Below the pieces are notes generated by a model, which did no database searches, was not told where the DNA came from, and was given only the letters and a program-made list of their open reading frames with translations. Below are positions 30,070 to 40,918 of a stretch of 64,000 nucleotides of DNA, one piece after another. Both the position numbers and the translations under genes were made by a program. This stretch comes from Candidatus Eiseniibacteriota bacterium (GTDB taxonomy: Bacteria > Eisenbacteria > RBG-16-71-46 > JABDJR01), in contig CALOCN010000014.1 of the NCBI GenBank assembly GCA_942491735.1, positions 3,147,534 through 3,211,533 on the forward strand, written 5' to 3'. Position 1 is the first letter of the stretch; each line of letters starts with the position of its first letter.

Positions 30070-31026
30070 ATGAGCCGCAACACGCCATCCAGGCGACGCT
30101 TTCTCGCCGCAGCCGCGCCGTTTCTGGTCGCCCCGTTCGCTTTGGGCTCCCTGGTGCGGAGCGCTGTGGCCCAGGTTGGCGCCGACAGCACCTTGTCCCT
30201 GCCACCGGAGTTCATCGAAATCGTGCTCCGGCGTCGCCGGGAGCGTCTCCTCCCCCGCCCGTTTGCTCCCTTTCCACCCCACGCGGACTTGGGTTGGTTG
30301 GGCGCCGGGACCTATCAGGTGGGCGCCCCGGATCGGATTGTGGATGCACTGCGACGCGGCGTATCCCTCATCGACACCAGCCCCGACTATCGCGACGGCG
30401 AGACCGAGACCTGGGTGGGACAGGGCCTTCGCGTGGCGCCTCGCCCCGTGTTCGTCATGACCCAATTGCCGGTGGCGGCCTGGGAATCGGAGACGCCGGA
30501 GACCGCCTTTGACCGCGCGCTCCACGACAGCCTGAGACGACTGGGTCGGGACCGCATCGAGGTGCTGATGGTGCGCAACGCCGACCACGAGCGACTCGAG
30601 GACCCGGCCTTCCGCTCCTTCGCCGCCCGTGCGCTGGCCTCGGGACAGGTGGGCTGGATCGGGGCCAGCGGTCACGGTCCCGGGGTGCAGGGCGTGCTGG
30701 AACATGCGACCGGGGACCCGTTGATCTCGGTGGTGCTGTTCGGAGCGCACCTGGCGCGCCACAACGAGATGCCCGAACGGCTGGCCGCGGCATCCCAGGC
30801 GGGGGTGCGATTGGTTGCCATGAAATCGCGCGAGGCGGCGCTGTGGAACCGGGAGTCCGGGTGGGAGGTCGAGTCGGATCGCCGCCGCCACAATCCCTGG
30901 GACCCGCGTTGGGATCCCGAGTTCGTGCGCCGGGCGGTGCGCGCCGCCCGGAGTGCAACCGGAGCGGATGCCCTGGTGCTGGGAGTGCGCAGCGACGCGG
31001 ATCTGGAGCTGATTACGGGGGGGTGA
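30070..31026 (+). CDS. Tat-signal aldo/keto reductase-family oxidoreductase
   Basis: 318 aa with an SRRRFLAAAAPFLVAPFA twin-arginine signal. The AKR-like TIM-barrel signature is weak. Confidence 0.55.
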   Translation: MSRNTPSRRRFLAAAAPFLVAPFALGSLVRSAVAQVGADSTLSLPPEFIEIVLRRRRERLLPRPFAPFPPHADLGWLGAGTYQVGAPDRIVDALRRGVSLIDTSPDYRDGETETWVGQGLRVAPRPVFVMTQLPVAAWESETPETAFDRALHDSLRRLGRDRIEVLMVRNADHERLEDPAFRSFAARALASGQVGWIGASGHGPGVQGVLEHATGDPLISVVLFGAHLARHNEMPERLAAASQAGVRLVAMKSREAALWNRESGWEVESDRRRHNPWDPRWDPEFVRRAVRAARSATGADALVLGVRSDADLELITGG

Positions 31027-31069
31027 AGTGATGCCGCGTTGAGTTTCCGGTTGCACACTAAGCACATGA

Positions 31070-33544
31070 GTGGTATATTATTGGGAACCCGTTGGGATGC
31101 AACACGTTGACGAGGCACCAATGCACCACTTGGCACTGGCTCACGTCGTTCGGGAAACCGGGTCCCCTTACGAGGCTCCCGCGCGGCCGGGTGCGACCGG
31201 GGCAGGTCAAGGCCGACGATCGTCGATGCTCGCGGGCGCGGTGCGAGCCGCACACGGGCCCACCGGGGCGCCGCAGGAAGACCCCACCTATCTCCTCGCC
31301 GCACGTCTCTTCATTGCCACCAAGGCGATGGCCGCACAAGTGTTCGCTCTCGAGCGCACCGAGGCCGCCCATGTCCACGACGCACTCACCGAGCGACGCC
31401 ACCAAGCGGCGGGATTCTCCGCCTTCGGCGACTACGCCCGCGAGGTGCTCGGGATCTCACCCCGGAGCGCCCGACGACGAGTTGCTCTGGAGCGAGCACT
31501 TCGCGCAAGTCCGAAGCTCGAAGAGCGAGTGCTCGACGGGCGCATCGGCTCCCTGGCCGCGGCGCGACTACGCCCGGTTCTGGGAACCACGGAAGAGGCC
31601 TCATGGTTGGATCAGGCTCAAGCGCTAACCCTTCGGGAACTGGACGCCGCGTTGCGCTCGAGACTCTTGGACGAGTCGAACCCGCCAAGGAAGGCGGAAG
31701 GCCCAGGCCCGGAATCGGTTGCGACCTCGGATGTGACCTCGGCTTCGACCACGAGCCCGGAGACACCCAGGGTCGCCCCGGGCCCCGAAACAGCAGAACG
31801 GGATGTGCAGGAGAGCCTCGACATCGGGCGCAGAATCAGTTTCTCCGCGCCGGCCCGGGTCGCTGCGTTGTGGGACAACGCACTCGACCTCGCACGTCGC
31901 ACCCTCGGCTTCGACGCTCCGGTGCACGAGTGCGTGGCCGCCATGCTCAGCGAGGCCGCTTCCAGCTATCCGGCGCCTTTGTCTTCCGGGCTGGGTCTCA
32001 GTGAGAACAGGGTAAACACAGCAAGCGACAACGAACCGGATGGGACTCCGGATGACTCGAACTCCTTTGGCCGCACAACACCCGGGGCTTCTGCGGCTCG
32101 CCCGAGTGGGATCCTCCCACTGCACCCGGGACACCTTCAGGCCAAGGCGGTCAACCGCCTGCTTCGCGAGGTGGCGCGGGAGTTGGACATGCCAACCCCC
32201 GGGATCCGCGCAGGTGCGACCCCACGGACAGACCCACGCGCGGCAGCCTCAGCAGCACCGGCATCCGGTCTAGGCCCCAGCCCCCCTGCCGCCGACGCCC
32301 CAGTATCAACGGCCCATGGCGACCACACCGGCGGAGTCTTCACCGCGATCCGTGCCCAGCGACATCGCCTCCGGTTTCTCCTGGGGCGATGCCTCCAGGA
32401 GATCGACCGCATGGATGCCGCGCCGCTCCTTGGGTCCAGCGACATCATGACCCTGGCCACGCGCGTCCTCGGCGTGGGCGAGCGATCCATTCGCAACCTC
32501 CTGCGGGAATGCGATCTGTTGGAATCGGAACCCACCCTGCACGACGCCGTCGTGTCCGGTCGGATCGCCCGAGGCCAGGCCACCCTCCTGGGTCGCGTCG
32601 GTGCGGGATCCGGACTTGCGGATCACGTCGACCGAGCCACCTCGGTCACCCACCGCCAGCTTCAGCGGGAGGTCCGCGTCATCGAACGCTTGCAAGCCCT
32701 CGCGCCGCGGCTTGCCGTTCGCCATCCGGGACCCCTCCGGGCATCAAGCCTCGTGGAGGATCTGCGGGACCACCTGATCGCCTTGGGTCGTCCGGGATCC
32801 ACCCTCGACCAGTATCTCGCCGATCACGGCGTCACGCCTCCGGATGCGACCGCCGCAAGTCACGCGGATTCCACGGCCCCGGGCGGTCCGGATCCCGCCG
32901 AGGATCCCAGCACCCTGCGTTGCATCGAGTTGCTCCTGGACCTGGCGGCGTTCGGGTACGAGCCCGGGGAAGACGATCAGCACCGGCAGAATCACCACCC
33001 CGACCACCCCGATGCAGGAAACGGCTCGGACGACGACCGCTCTCCCCCCGCCTCCAGCCCCGCCTCATGGAAAACGTTGGCCTCCCCGGGCGACCGGACA
33101 CGCATCGGTTTCTGGGCCCCCACCGAGTTGGCCACGCAATGGGAGCAAACCCTCGGTGCCATCCGGGCCCAAGCCGGGCCGCTCCCGGCATGGGCAGCGG
33201 TAACACTGCTCCTGAACGACGTTCTAACCGCCTGGGCCAACGTGGATCCGGCCCGGCGCCCCGCCCAGTGGCGCACCCTGGAGCGGGACGACTACCGCTG
33301 CCAGGTCCCTGGCTGCTCGGCGCGTCGGCACTTGGAGACCCACCACATCGTCTTCCGATCGCAAGGTGGCTCGAACGCGCCGGACAACAAGGTAACCCTG
33401 TGTCACGGACATCACCGCCGGGGCGTGCATCGGGGATCGGTTCGCATCACAGGCGCCGCACCGCACGGTCTCGACTGGAGACTGGGGGACCCAAGCCGGG
33501 TACACCACGTTCTCCGCTACCGGGGCCAAAGGAGGCTCCCATGA
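31070..33544 (+). CDS. DUF222-domain + HNH endonuclease protein (REP13E12-like), unusually long (824 aa) with Pro/Ala/Ser-rich linker
   Basis: The N-terminal region (FGDYAREVLGISPRSARRRVALERALRASPKLEERVLDGRIGSLAAARL) fits DUF222. The C-terminal CQVPGCSARRHLETHHIVFRSQGGSNAPDNKVTLCHGHHRRGVH is a canonical HNH motif. The true start may be at MQHVDE (31091) or MHHLAL (31115). A TATATT box lies just upstream. Confidence 0.7.
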   Translation: MVYYWEPVGMQHVDEAPMHHLALAHVVRETGSPYEAPARPGATGAGQGRRSSMLAGAVRAAHGPTGAPQEDPTYLLAARLFIATKAMAAQVFALERTEAAHVHDALTERRHQAAGFSAFGDYAREVLGISPRSARRRVALERALRASPKLEERVLDGRIGSLAAARLRPVLGTTEEASWLDQAQALTLRELDAALRSRLLDESNPPRKAEGPGPESVATSDVTSASTTSPETPRVAPGPETAERDVQESLDIGRRISFSAPARVAALWDNALDLARRTLGFDAPVHECVAAMLSEAASSYPAPLSSGLGLSENRVNTASDNEPDGTPDDSNSFGRTTPGASAARPSGILPLHPGHLQAKAVNRLLREVARELDMPTPGIRAGATPRTDPRAAASAAPASGLGPSPPAADAPVSTAHGDHTGGVFTAIRAQRHRLRFLLGRCLQEIDRMDAAPLLGSSDIMTLATRVLGVGERSIRNLLRECDLLESEPTLHDAVVSGRIARGQATLLGRVGAGSGLADHVDRATSVTHRQLQREVRVIERLQALAPRLAVRHPGPLRASSLVEDLRDHLIALGRPGSTLDQYLADHGVTPPDATAASHADSTAPGGPDPAEDPSTLRCIELLLDLAAFGYEPGEDDQHRQNHHPDHPDAGNGSDDDRSPPASSPASWKTLASPGDRTRIGFWAPTELATQWEQTLGAIRAQAGPLPAWAAVTLLLNDVLTAWANVDPARRPAQWRTLERDDYRCQVPGCSARRHLETHHIVFRSQGGSNAPDNKVTLCHGHHRRGVHRGSVRITGAAPHGLDWRLGDPSRVHHVLRYRGQRRLP

Positions 33545-33554
33545 GCCGCCCGTA

Positions 33555-35669
33555 TTAGGCGACCGACTCCCCTTCCAGCACGATCCTCGACGGATCAAAC
33601 ACCGGCCGGAACAACGCCGCCACGTAATCCAGCAACGCAAGCCGGCGCGCGCGCTCGGCCGGGTCCTCGGACATCACCATCACCCCGTCGAAGAACCGAT
33701 CAATCGGATCCCGTAGCGAGAGGTACAACTGAACCGCCCGGGGGAAGTCCTGCAAGGCACGCGCCTCGTCCAGTTCCCTGCCGACCCGCTCCGCGGCCGC
33801 AAAGAGCCCCTGCTCGGACGCGTCCGTCGCCGACCAATCCACCGTGTCCGCCTTGGGCAGGCCCGACACGTCCGCGCTCTTGACGATGTTCGCCACCCGC
33901 TTGAAGCCGATCACCAGGCGCGCCAGATCCTCTTCGCCGCGAATGGTCTCCAGCGCCGTTGCCCGCAGGTGCACCAGCCAGGGGTCATCAAGCTCCGCGG
34001 CCAACACCGCCTCCACCACATCGTAGGCAATACCACGATCCCGCAAGGCAAACGCAACCCGATCGCGGAAGAAGTCCAGGATTTCCTGCTCCAACCCGTC
34101 CCGCCGCACCGCCTCGGGCAGCTGCCGCACCGCCATGCTCACGATCTCGGTGAGCGGCAACTGCAGCGACTTGTCGAGCAGGATCCGCACGATTCCGTTC
34201 GCCGCGCGGCGCAAGGCATACGGATCCTGGGACCCCGAGGGCACGAACCCGGCCGCCCAGCATCCGGCAATGGTGTCGAACTTGTCGGCCACGGACAGCA
34301 GCAGCCCTTCGCGGCTCTCCGGCAGACGGTCCCCCGCCCCCTGGGGCCGATACTGCTCTTCCAACCCCTTCACCACCCCCGCGGCCTCGTTCGCCGACGC
34401 CGCGTAGCGGGCGCCAATAATCCCCTGGAGCCCCGTGAACTCCTTGCCGTCCTTGATCATCTCGCTGGCCAGATCCGCCTTGGCCAACCGTGCGGCCCGC
34501 AGGGCACCTTCACCCATGGCCGCCCAGTCGTCCGCATACCAGAACCGACCCAGACGCTCCACCAACCAGTGCACCCGTTCCGCCTTCTCGGCCAGGGTCC
34601 CCACGGACTCCAGCCACACCACCTTGTCCAGCGCCTGGGCCATGGCATCGAGTCCGGTCTTGCGGTCCACGTCCCAGTAGAACCGCGCGTCGGCCAACCG
34701 GGCCCGCAACACCCGCTCGTTCCCCGCCAGGACCAACGCCGGGTCGTCCCACTCGCCGTCGGTGACCACCAGGAAGTTCGCACGCAGCGCGCCATCCTTC
34801 CCTTCCACCGCGAAGTAGCGCTGGTGCGCCTTCATCGCGGTGACCGTCACCTCGCGCGGCAGTTCCAGGAACTCCTCGTCAAAACTGCCCGAGTACACCC
34901 GAGGATGCTGGGCAAGGAAAACCACTTCTTCCAGCAGGTCCTCGTCCATGACGCACCGTCCACCCAGCTGCTCCGCCGCCTCGTTCAGCCCGGCCAGGAT
35001 GAGGCGTCCACGGGCCTGCGGGTCCAGGATGACCCCGGCGCTCTCCAGGACGCGCTCCAACGCACCCGCATCCGGCACCTCGTGCCACCCGGCCCCATGC
35101 AGCCGATGACCCCGCGTCCGGCGCCCGGCCTCGATGCCTCCCAAAGTAAACGGCAGCACGGCGTCGTCCAACAACGAGACAACCCAGCGCAAGGGCCTCG
35201 GGAAGCGGAACCCGGACGCATTCCAGCGCATGGTCTTGGGCCAGGCGAGGGAGCCCAGCACCCGGGTCAGCAATTCCGGCAGGACGACTTCCACCTCGCG
35301 CCCGGTCTCATGCACCCGCGCGGCAACGAAGGTCCCCTTGTCGGTCGTGACCTGTTCCAGCGCCTCCACCGCGACCCCGTTCTTGCGGGCAAATCCCTCC
35401 GCCGCCTTGGTGGGCGCGCCGTCCTTGAACGCGATGTCGACCCGGGGGCCGGTCACCTCCAGGGTCACATCGGCCTGGCGATCGGCGAGCCCCGCGATCT
35501 CCAGGACAAGGCGTTGTGCCGTGCCCCGGGTGGTCACGCTCTCCACCGGCAACCGCAGGGACTCGAGCCCCTTCTTCATGCCAACTTCGATCGCGGTCAG
35601 TGCATCGGCAAGGTATCCGGCCGGAATAGCCTCGGTTCCGAGTTCCAACAGGTATCGTTTCCCGCTCAT
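33555..35669 (-). CDS. glyS: glycine--tRNA ligase beta subunit
   Basis: 704 aa beginning [20 protein letters not shown]. It is coupled to glyQ by a 4-bp overlap. Confidence 0.9.
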   Translation of the reverse strand: MSGKRYLLELGTEAIPAGYLADALTAIEVGMKKGLESLRLPVESVTTRGTAQRLVLEIAGLADRQADVTLEVTGPRVDIAFKDGAPTKAAEGFARKNGVAVEALEQVTTDKGTFVAARVHETGREVEVVLPELLTRVLGSLAWPKTMRWNASGFRFPRPLRWVVSLLDDAVLPFTLGGIEAGRRTRGHRLHGAGWHEVPDAGALERVLESAGVILDPQARGRLILAGLNEAAEQLGGRCVMDEDLLEEVVFLAQHPRVYSGSFDEEFLELPREVTVTAMKAHQRYFAVEGKDGALRANFLVVTDGEWDDPALVLAGNERVLRARLADARFYWDVDRKTGLDAMAQALDKVVWLESVGTLAEKAERVHWLVERLGRFWYADDWAAMGEGALRAARLAKADLASEMIKDGKEFTGLQGIIGARYAASANEAAGVVKGLEEQYRPQGAGDRLPESREGLLLSVADKFDTIAGCWAAGFVPSGSQDPYALRRAANGIVRILLDKSLQLPLTEIVSMAVRQLPEAVRRDGLEQEILDFFRDRVAFALRDRGIAYDVVEAVLAAELDDPWLVHLRATALETIRGEEDLARLVIGFKRVANIVKSADVSGLPKADTVDWSATDASEQGLFAAAERVGRELDEARALQDFPRAVQLYLSLRDPIDRFFDGVMVMSEDPAERARRLALLDYVAALFRPVFDPSRIVLEGESVA

Positions 35670-36700
35670 GACCGTGCCGCTCCGTCGTTCTTGCCCGCGC
35701 CCTTCTTCCCGGCTCCTGCCTTACCCTCACCCTTGCCCGTGCTCGACTTCCTGGCCCGCGCCTCCGCCCGCTCCCGCGCCGCCTCCACCACCAGCGCCCG
35801 TGCCGCGGGGTCGTGGATCATGGGATAACCCAACCGCTCCCGCTGGCGCAGGAACGCCTGCGCCGCCATCCTGGACAGCCTGCGCACCCGGCCAATGTAA
35901 CCGGTGCGCTCGGTCACGCTGATCGCGCCGCGGGCCTCCAGCATGTTGAAGGCATGCGAGCTCTTCACCACGTAGTCGTAGCCGGGTCCCACCAGGTCCT
36001 TCTCCAGCAACCGCTCCGCCTCCCGCTCGAACTCCGCGAACAGCTTGAAATGGAGCGCGATGTCCGCCTCCTCGAAGTTGAAGGCACAGAACTCGCGCTC
36101 GGTCTCCAGGTTCAACGCATCCCAGGACGTATCCCCGGTGATCCGCAGATCCATGATCCGGTTCTCGCCCTGGAGGTAGGTGGCCAGCCGCTCGATGCCA
36201 TAGGTGATCTCGGCCGAGACCACGTCGACATCGATTCCCCCGACCTGCTGGAAGTAGGTGAACTGGGTCACCTCCATCCCGTCCAGCCACACCTCCCAAC
36301 CCAACCCCCAGGCGCCCAGGGTAGGCGACTCCCAGTCGTCCTCCACGTAACGCAGATCGTGCCGGCTCAGGTCGATGCCCATCGCGGTCAGCGACTGCTC
36401 GTAGAGCTCCAGCACGTTCTCCGGTGCCGGCTTGAGCAGCACCTGGTACTGGTAGAAGTGCTGCAGACGGTTGGGATTCTCCCCGTAGCGACCATCCTTG
36501 GGACGGCGGCTGGGCTCCACGTAGGCCACGCTCCACGGCTCGGGGCCCAATGCCCGGAGAAACGTCGCCGGGTTGAACGTGCCGGCGCCCACCTCGCTCG
36601 GGTAGGGCTGCGAGAGGAGGCAACCCTGCTCGTGCCAGAAGCGTTGCAGGGAGAGGAGGAGATCCTGAAAGTTCGGTGTCTCGATCGTATTCATGGTCAT
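35666..36700 (-). CDS. glyQ: glycine--tRNA ligase alpha subunit
   Basis: The start is placed at [22 protein letters not shown] (alternative at 36694). The class II aaRS core is conserved, with a short Lys/Gly-rich C-terminal tail. Confidence 0.9.
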   Translation of the reverse strand: MTMNTIETPNFQDLLLSLQRFWHEQGCLLSQPYPSEVGAGTFNPATFLRALGPEPWSVAYVEPSRRPKDGRYGENPNRLQHFYQYQVLLKPAPENVLELYEQSLTAMGIDLSRHDLRYVEDDWESPTLGAWGLGWEVWLDGMEVTQFTYFQQVGGIDVDVVSAEITYGIERLATYLQGENRIMDLRITGDTSWDALNLETEREFCAFNFEEADIALHFKLFAEFEREAERLLEKDLVGPGYDYVVKSSHAFNMLEARGAISVTERTGYIGRVRRLSRMAAQAFLRQRERLGYPMIHDPAARALVVEAARERAEARARKSSTGKGEGKAGAGKKGAGKNDGAARS

Positions 36701-36797
36701 ATCCAGGGTTCGAGGCCAAAGATGGCGGAGCAGTATACCAGCTTTCCCCACCGGCTCAGCCATGGCATGATCCCCATCCCCCCGAGACGGAGTCATC

Positions 36798-37442
36798 ATG
36801 TTCTCTCTGCCTCATTCCCTCGCCCGCTTCGCACTCCTCGGTATCCTCGTGGCCGCTCCCGCCCAGGGTCAGCCGGCCAGCGAGGAGCCGCCCCCATTCC
36901 GGCAGGGACTCACCGAGATCCACCTCTTCGGGGGTGCCGGTATGCCCACCGGCGACCTGCTGTTCCGGGATGGCGACACCGAGTTCCGGGTCGTCGACCC
37001 TTCCGGGGGGTTGCTCGTCGGCGGACACTTCGGCTACTTCGTGGAGCCGGGATTCATCATCGGAGCGGGCGTCGCCTTCCAGACCATGGGAGTGGACTCC
37101 ATCGCCCCGGCCCTCGCCAATCCCAGCGACGTCTCCGCGACCCGGCTCTTCGGATTCGCCAAGTTCTTCCTCAGCTCGCATCCCGCGTGGCTCCCCTACT
37201 TCCGGGGCGAGATCGGGGTGATCAGCCAAAAGCTGACCGAGGATGTCGGGGATGGGCTCTCGGGGAGCACCAACGAATCCAACTTCGGGCTGGGGGCAGG
37301 GCTGGGTCTGCAGCGCATGGGCCGCAACAAGTTCGGCCTGACCGCGGAGCTGAGCACCTTCTACACCGCGTCGAAAAGGGGACCGTTCTACGTGGAGCTG
37401 CGCCTGGGTCTGGTCATCACCCCCGGTCGGGCCAAACGCTAG
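36798..37442 (+). CDS. outer-membrane beta-barrel protein (porin-family-like)
   Basis: Signal peptide [24 protein letters not shown], followed by Gly-rich amphipathic strands. Confidence 0.5.
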   Translation: MFSLPHSLARFALLGILVAAPAQGQPASEEPPPFRQGLTEIHLFGGAGMPTGDLLFRDGDTEFRVVDPSGGLLVGGHFGYFVEPGFIIGAGVAFQTMGVDSIAPALANPSDVSATRLFGFAKFFLSSHPAWLPYFRGEIGVISQKLTEDVGDGLSGSTNESNFGLGAGLGLQRMGRNKFGLTAELSTFYTASKRGPFYVELRLGLVITPGRAKR

Positions 37443-37455
37443 TCCCGCCACACGG

Positions 37456-38103
37456 CTAGGCCACGGCAACTCCCAGCGCCGCGAGGATCTTCCCGGAACG
37501 CTCGCGAATCGCCGCGTAGTCCCCCCGGGCAATCTCCCCCGCGTCGAACAGGCTGTTCACGAACCCCACCCCGAACGCACCCGCGGCCAGGATCTCCCGG
37601 AAGTTCTCCGGAGTCACCCCGGCGGTGGGAAAGAGCCGCAGGAACGGTAGCGGCCCCAGCACCTGACCCACCATCCCCACCGGGTCCGCTGCCGCGGGGA
37701 ACACCTTGACGAGGTCGGCCCCCGCGCGATGCGCCGCGAGCATTTCGGTCGGGGTCGAGGTGCCGGGAACGGTCACCGCGCCCAGTTCGCGCCCGGCCCG
37801 GATCACCTCGGGATCCATCACCGGGGACACGATGAACCGGGCCCCGGCCTCCACCGCGTCCCGGGCGTCGTCGGGGGTCAGGACCGTCCCCGCTCCCACC
37901 AGGAGCTCGGCCCTCGCCGAGTACCGGCGAATGAGGTCCAGCGCTCCCGGCGTGTTCAACGTGAACTCGATCGCCCGGAAGCCCCCCTCGACCGCGGCCG
38001 CCATGGCCCGGTCGGCCCGTTCGGCATCGTGGGTGCGCAGGATCGCGCTGATACGGTAGCCGGCCAGCAGCTCCAGGGTCTCGGTTCGTCGTGCTTCACT
38101 CAT
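37456..38103 (-). CDS. eda: 2-dehydro-3-deoxyphosphogluconate (KDPG)/KHG aldolase
   Basis: 215 aa with a TIM-barrel. EFTLNTP and the lysine in KVFPA are typical of Eda. Confidence 0.8.
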   Translation of the reverse strand: MSEARRTETLELLAGYRISAILRTHDAERADRAMAAAVEGGFRAIEFTLNTPGALDLIRRYSARAELLVGAGTVLTPDDARDAVEAGARFIVSPVMDPEVIRAGRELGAVTVPGTSTPTEMLAAHRAGADLVKVFPAAADPVGMVGQVLGPLPFLRLFPTAGVTPENFREILAAGAFGVGFVNSLFDAGEIARGDYAAIRERSGKILAALGVAVA

Positions 38104-38900
38104 GATTCAGCCTCCGTGGCAATCCCTCGCCGGCGCCGGCCGGACAGCCATTGCGCCAATCTCAGGGCCCGCAACATCTCGTAGCGCTCCACATGCGCCT
38201 GAAGGAACGGCTCCAGCAACAATCCGGCCCGGTTCAGGGCCGCCGAGGACGCGGGAGACCCGGACAGGTCCATCAGCGTCCCGTGCATCAGACCCCGCAG
38301 CGTCCCCTGGACCCCGGGGTCCATCCGCATCAGGCCGTCGATCCCCGGCGCGCAGTCCCCACACACCAGCCCCCCCGCGAACGCCGAGAACCAGGCCTCG
38401 CTTCCCTCCGGCTCACGCCCACACTCTACACAACGATAGAGCTCGGGCCGATGCCCCAGGAACGAGATCGCCTTGATCTCGAAAGCCCGGAACACCGTCG
38501 CCAACGCCCCCGGATCGCACGAACCGAGGACCTCCAACGACCGCAGGGCAAGGGGAAACATCCGCCCGCCCGGCTCGTTCCCGGTGAGCGCCTTGAGCAT
38601 GAACTCCAGCACCGCGGCTCCGTAGGCAAAGCGTTCCGGTGACGCGGTCAGTCCCAGGTGCGGTTCCAGCAGGGATGCCTGCGACAGGAGTTGCAGTTCC
38701 CGCGAGTCCTTCTGGTAGTAGATCAGATCCGTATGGGCGAAGAGCTCCAGCGCCGCGCCGAAGCGGGGCTTGGGCCCACGCACTCCCTTGGCCAGCAACG
38801 AGACCATGCCGTGCTCCGAGGTATAGGCGGTGAGCACCTTGCTGGTGTCGCGAAACGGAATGACGCGAAGGATCAGGCCCTCGCTCTTGAGGATGGGCAC
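38100..38900 (-). CDS. recO: DNA repair protein RecO
   Basis: 266 aa with an N-terminal OB-fold (GLILRVIPFRDTSKVLTAYT) and a C-terminal CxxC...CxxC zinc motif. Confidence 0.85.
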   Translation of the reverse strand: MPILKSEGLILRVIPFRDTSKVLTAYTSEHGMVSLLAKGVRGPKPRFGAALELFAHTDLIYYQKDSRELQLLSQASLLEPHLGLTASPERFAYGAAVLEFMLKALTGNEPGGRMFPLALRSLEVLGSCDPGALATVFRAFEIKAISFLGHRPELYRCVECGREPEGSEAWFSAFAGGLVCGDCAPGIDGLMRMDPGVQGTLRGLMHGTLMDLSGSPASSAALNRAGLLLEPFLQAHVERYEMLRALRLAQWLSGRRRRGIATEAES

Positions 38901-38910
38901 GCCGACTCCC

Positions 38911-39708
38911 CTACGGGGTCTCGCGCCCCGGGGGCTCCGCCCGCGGCGAACCGGGAGCCGCCTTGTCGGTCCGGGACTCCGGCGGCCCGGCGTCCCCCTG
39001 GGGATCCTCGATCTCGATCACCGCGCTTTCGTCCCCTCCCCCGAACAACCGGGCCAGCCACCCACGACGACGCCGGCGCGGACGGAGCACCGGCGCCATG
39101 CCCCCCGCTTCCCCGGGAACGATCGCCCCACCCGAAATGACCATTTTCAGACCCTCCTCGACCGAGATGGCCAATGCGGTGAGGTCCTTCTCGGGCACCA
39201 TGAGGAGAAAGCCCGAGGTGGGATTCGGGGTGGTGGGCAGAAAGACCGACCGCAATCGTTCCCCCGCGATGGCGTGCATTTCCTCGTTCGGGCTCTCGGT
39301 GATGAACACCAGGGACCACAGCCCCCGCCGCGGGTACTCGATCATTCCCACCGCGCGGAACACCGTCCGCTCGCTCGCGAACAGCGCCTCGCCGATCTGC
39401 TTGAGCGCGGTGTAGATCTTGTTGAAGAGCGGGATCCGGGTCAGGAACCGGTCGTACACGGAGTACAACCGCCGACCCAGGTAGTTGTTGACGAGCAGAC
39501 CGATGAGCAGCACGGCGAGGGTCACCGCAATGATCCCGACCCCCGGGATTCCCCCGGGGCGCACCCAGCCAAACCGGATGTCCTCCCACAGCAGGGTATC
39601 CACCCAGTAGAACAGCCGGTAGAGAACCCACGCCGCCACCGCGGCCGGAACCACGACCAGCATGCCGGTGAAGAAGTGTCGTCGGAAGTTGAGTGCTACC
39701 CGGCCCAC
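38911..39708 (-). CDS. DUF502-family membrane protein
   Basis: 265 aa with two N-terminal TM helices and a conserved ...GMIEYPRRGLWSLVFIT... region. Confidence 0.65.
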   Translation of the reverse strand: MGRVALNFRRHFFTGMLVVVPAAVAAWVLYRLFYWVDTLLWEDIRFGWVRPGGIPGVGIIAVTLAVLLIGLLVNNYLGRRLYSVYDRFLTRIPLFNKIYTALKQIGEALFASERTVFRAVGMIEYPRRGLWSLVFITESPNEEMHAIAGERLRSVFLPTTPNPTSGFLLMVPEKDLTALAISVEEGLKMVISGGAIVPGEAGGMAPVLRPRRRRRGWLARLFGGGDESAVIEIEDPQGDAGPPESRTDKAAPGSPRAEPPGRETP

Positions 39709-39715
39709 GTGCTTC

Positions 39716-40918
39716 TCACGATCGGTCTCCGTCCCCTTCGCCGTCGGCCACGATCACCCGCACCGCGTTGATGCGATGCGGTTCCGCTGCCGCCACTTCG
39801 ATCCATACCCCGTTCTCCCGGATCCGTTCCCCCGGTTGCGGGACATGTTCCAGCCGGTCCAGCATCAGACCGGCCAGGGTGTCGTAGTCCCCCTCTTCGA
39901 GATGCAGGTCCAGACTCTCGTTCAGGTCGTCCACCCGCATGGACGCCTCCACCCAGTACACCCCGGGCTCCAGTCTCCGGAAGGGAATCTCCTCCTCGTC
40001 ATGCTCGTCCTCGATCTCCCCTACCAGCTCCTCCAGCAGGTCCTCGATGGTGGCCAGCCCCGCCGTCCCCCCGTACTCGTCGACCACCACCGCCATCTGA
40101 TTGTACGTTGCCTGCAGTTCCCGCAGCAGATCCCCCGCGGGTTTCGTGCCTGGGGTGAGGTAGGGATCCCGGGCCAGGGACTCGACCCGGGTTTCCAGGT
40201 CCGCCCCCAGGCAGTCGAAAACGTGCAACACCCCGGTCACATGGTCCAGGGTGTCACGATACACCGGGTACCGGCTGAACCCCTCGGCCTCGATCAGGGT
40301 CAACACCTCGGCCAGGGTCGACCCCGCGGCAACCCCCACCACCTCCTCGCGGGGCACCATGACATCCTCGACCCGCGTCGTGCCGAAATCATGCAGGGTG
40401 GCCAGCATCTCCCCCTGCTCATCCTCGAAGGAACTCCCCATCAGCCAACGCCGCTCCTCGTCGAGTTCGACCAGACGTTCGTCCGCTCCGGCCGGGTGGC
40501 TCAGTCCCGGCAACCGCCCCACCACCCGCACCAGCCCGCGCAGGACCACCCCGACCCAACGCAGCGGCCAGTAGACCGCACGCCCCGCAATGCCCAGCGG
40601 ACTGCGCCACTGCACCGCCGAGAAGGACGCGGCCAGGATCGCCACCAGCAGTCCCGTCACCAGCAACCCGGCCAGGACCAGCACACGCCCTTCCACCAAC
40701 GCCACCAGGGCGACACCGGCAAACGCGACCGCCATGGCGAAACGCCCCATGGTGCGGGACCACGCCGCCTCCCAGGCAAGACCGGTGGCCTCGCTAGCCT
40801 TCTCCGGCCCGCGGGATTCCAGGTCCAGGGCATTGCGTCCGAACCAGGCCGCGCTCTCCTCCAGGAGAAACGCGATCAGGACCAGCCCCGCCCCCAGGGC
40901 ACAGGCAACCAGCATCAT
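39716..40918 (-). CDS. CNNM/HlyC-CorC family protein (TM + CBS pair + CorC_HlyC transporter-associated domain)
   Basis: 400 aa with CBS motifs and a C-terminal acidic CorC_HlyC-like region ([19 protein letters not shown]). Confidence 0.75.
   Translation of the reverse strand: MMLVACALGAGLVLIAFLLEESAAWFGRNALDLESRGPEKASEATGLAWEAAWSRTMGRFAMAVAFAGVALVALVEGRVLVLAGLLVTGLLVAILAASFSAVQWRSPLGIAGRAVYWPLRWVGVVLRGLVRVVGRLPGLSHPAGADERLVELDEERRWLMGSSFEDEQGEMLATLHDFGTTRVEDVMVPREEVVGVAAGSTLAEVLTLIEAEGFSRYPVYRDTLDHVTGVLHVFDCLGADLETRVESLARDPYLTPGTKPAGDLLRELQATYNQMAVVVDEYGGTAGLATIEDLLEELVGEIEDEHDEEEIPFRRLEPGVYWVEASMRVDDLNESLDLHLEEGDYDTLAGLMLDRLEHVPQPGERIRENGVWIEVAAAEPHRINAVRVIVADGEGDGDRS

Noticed and set aside
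33969-35828. 619-aa plus-strand ORF antisense to glyS.
   Set aside because: It is a shadow ORF. glyS on the minus strand is unambiguous.
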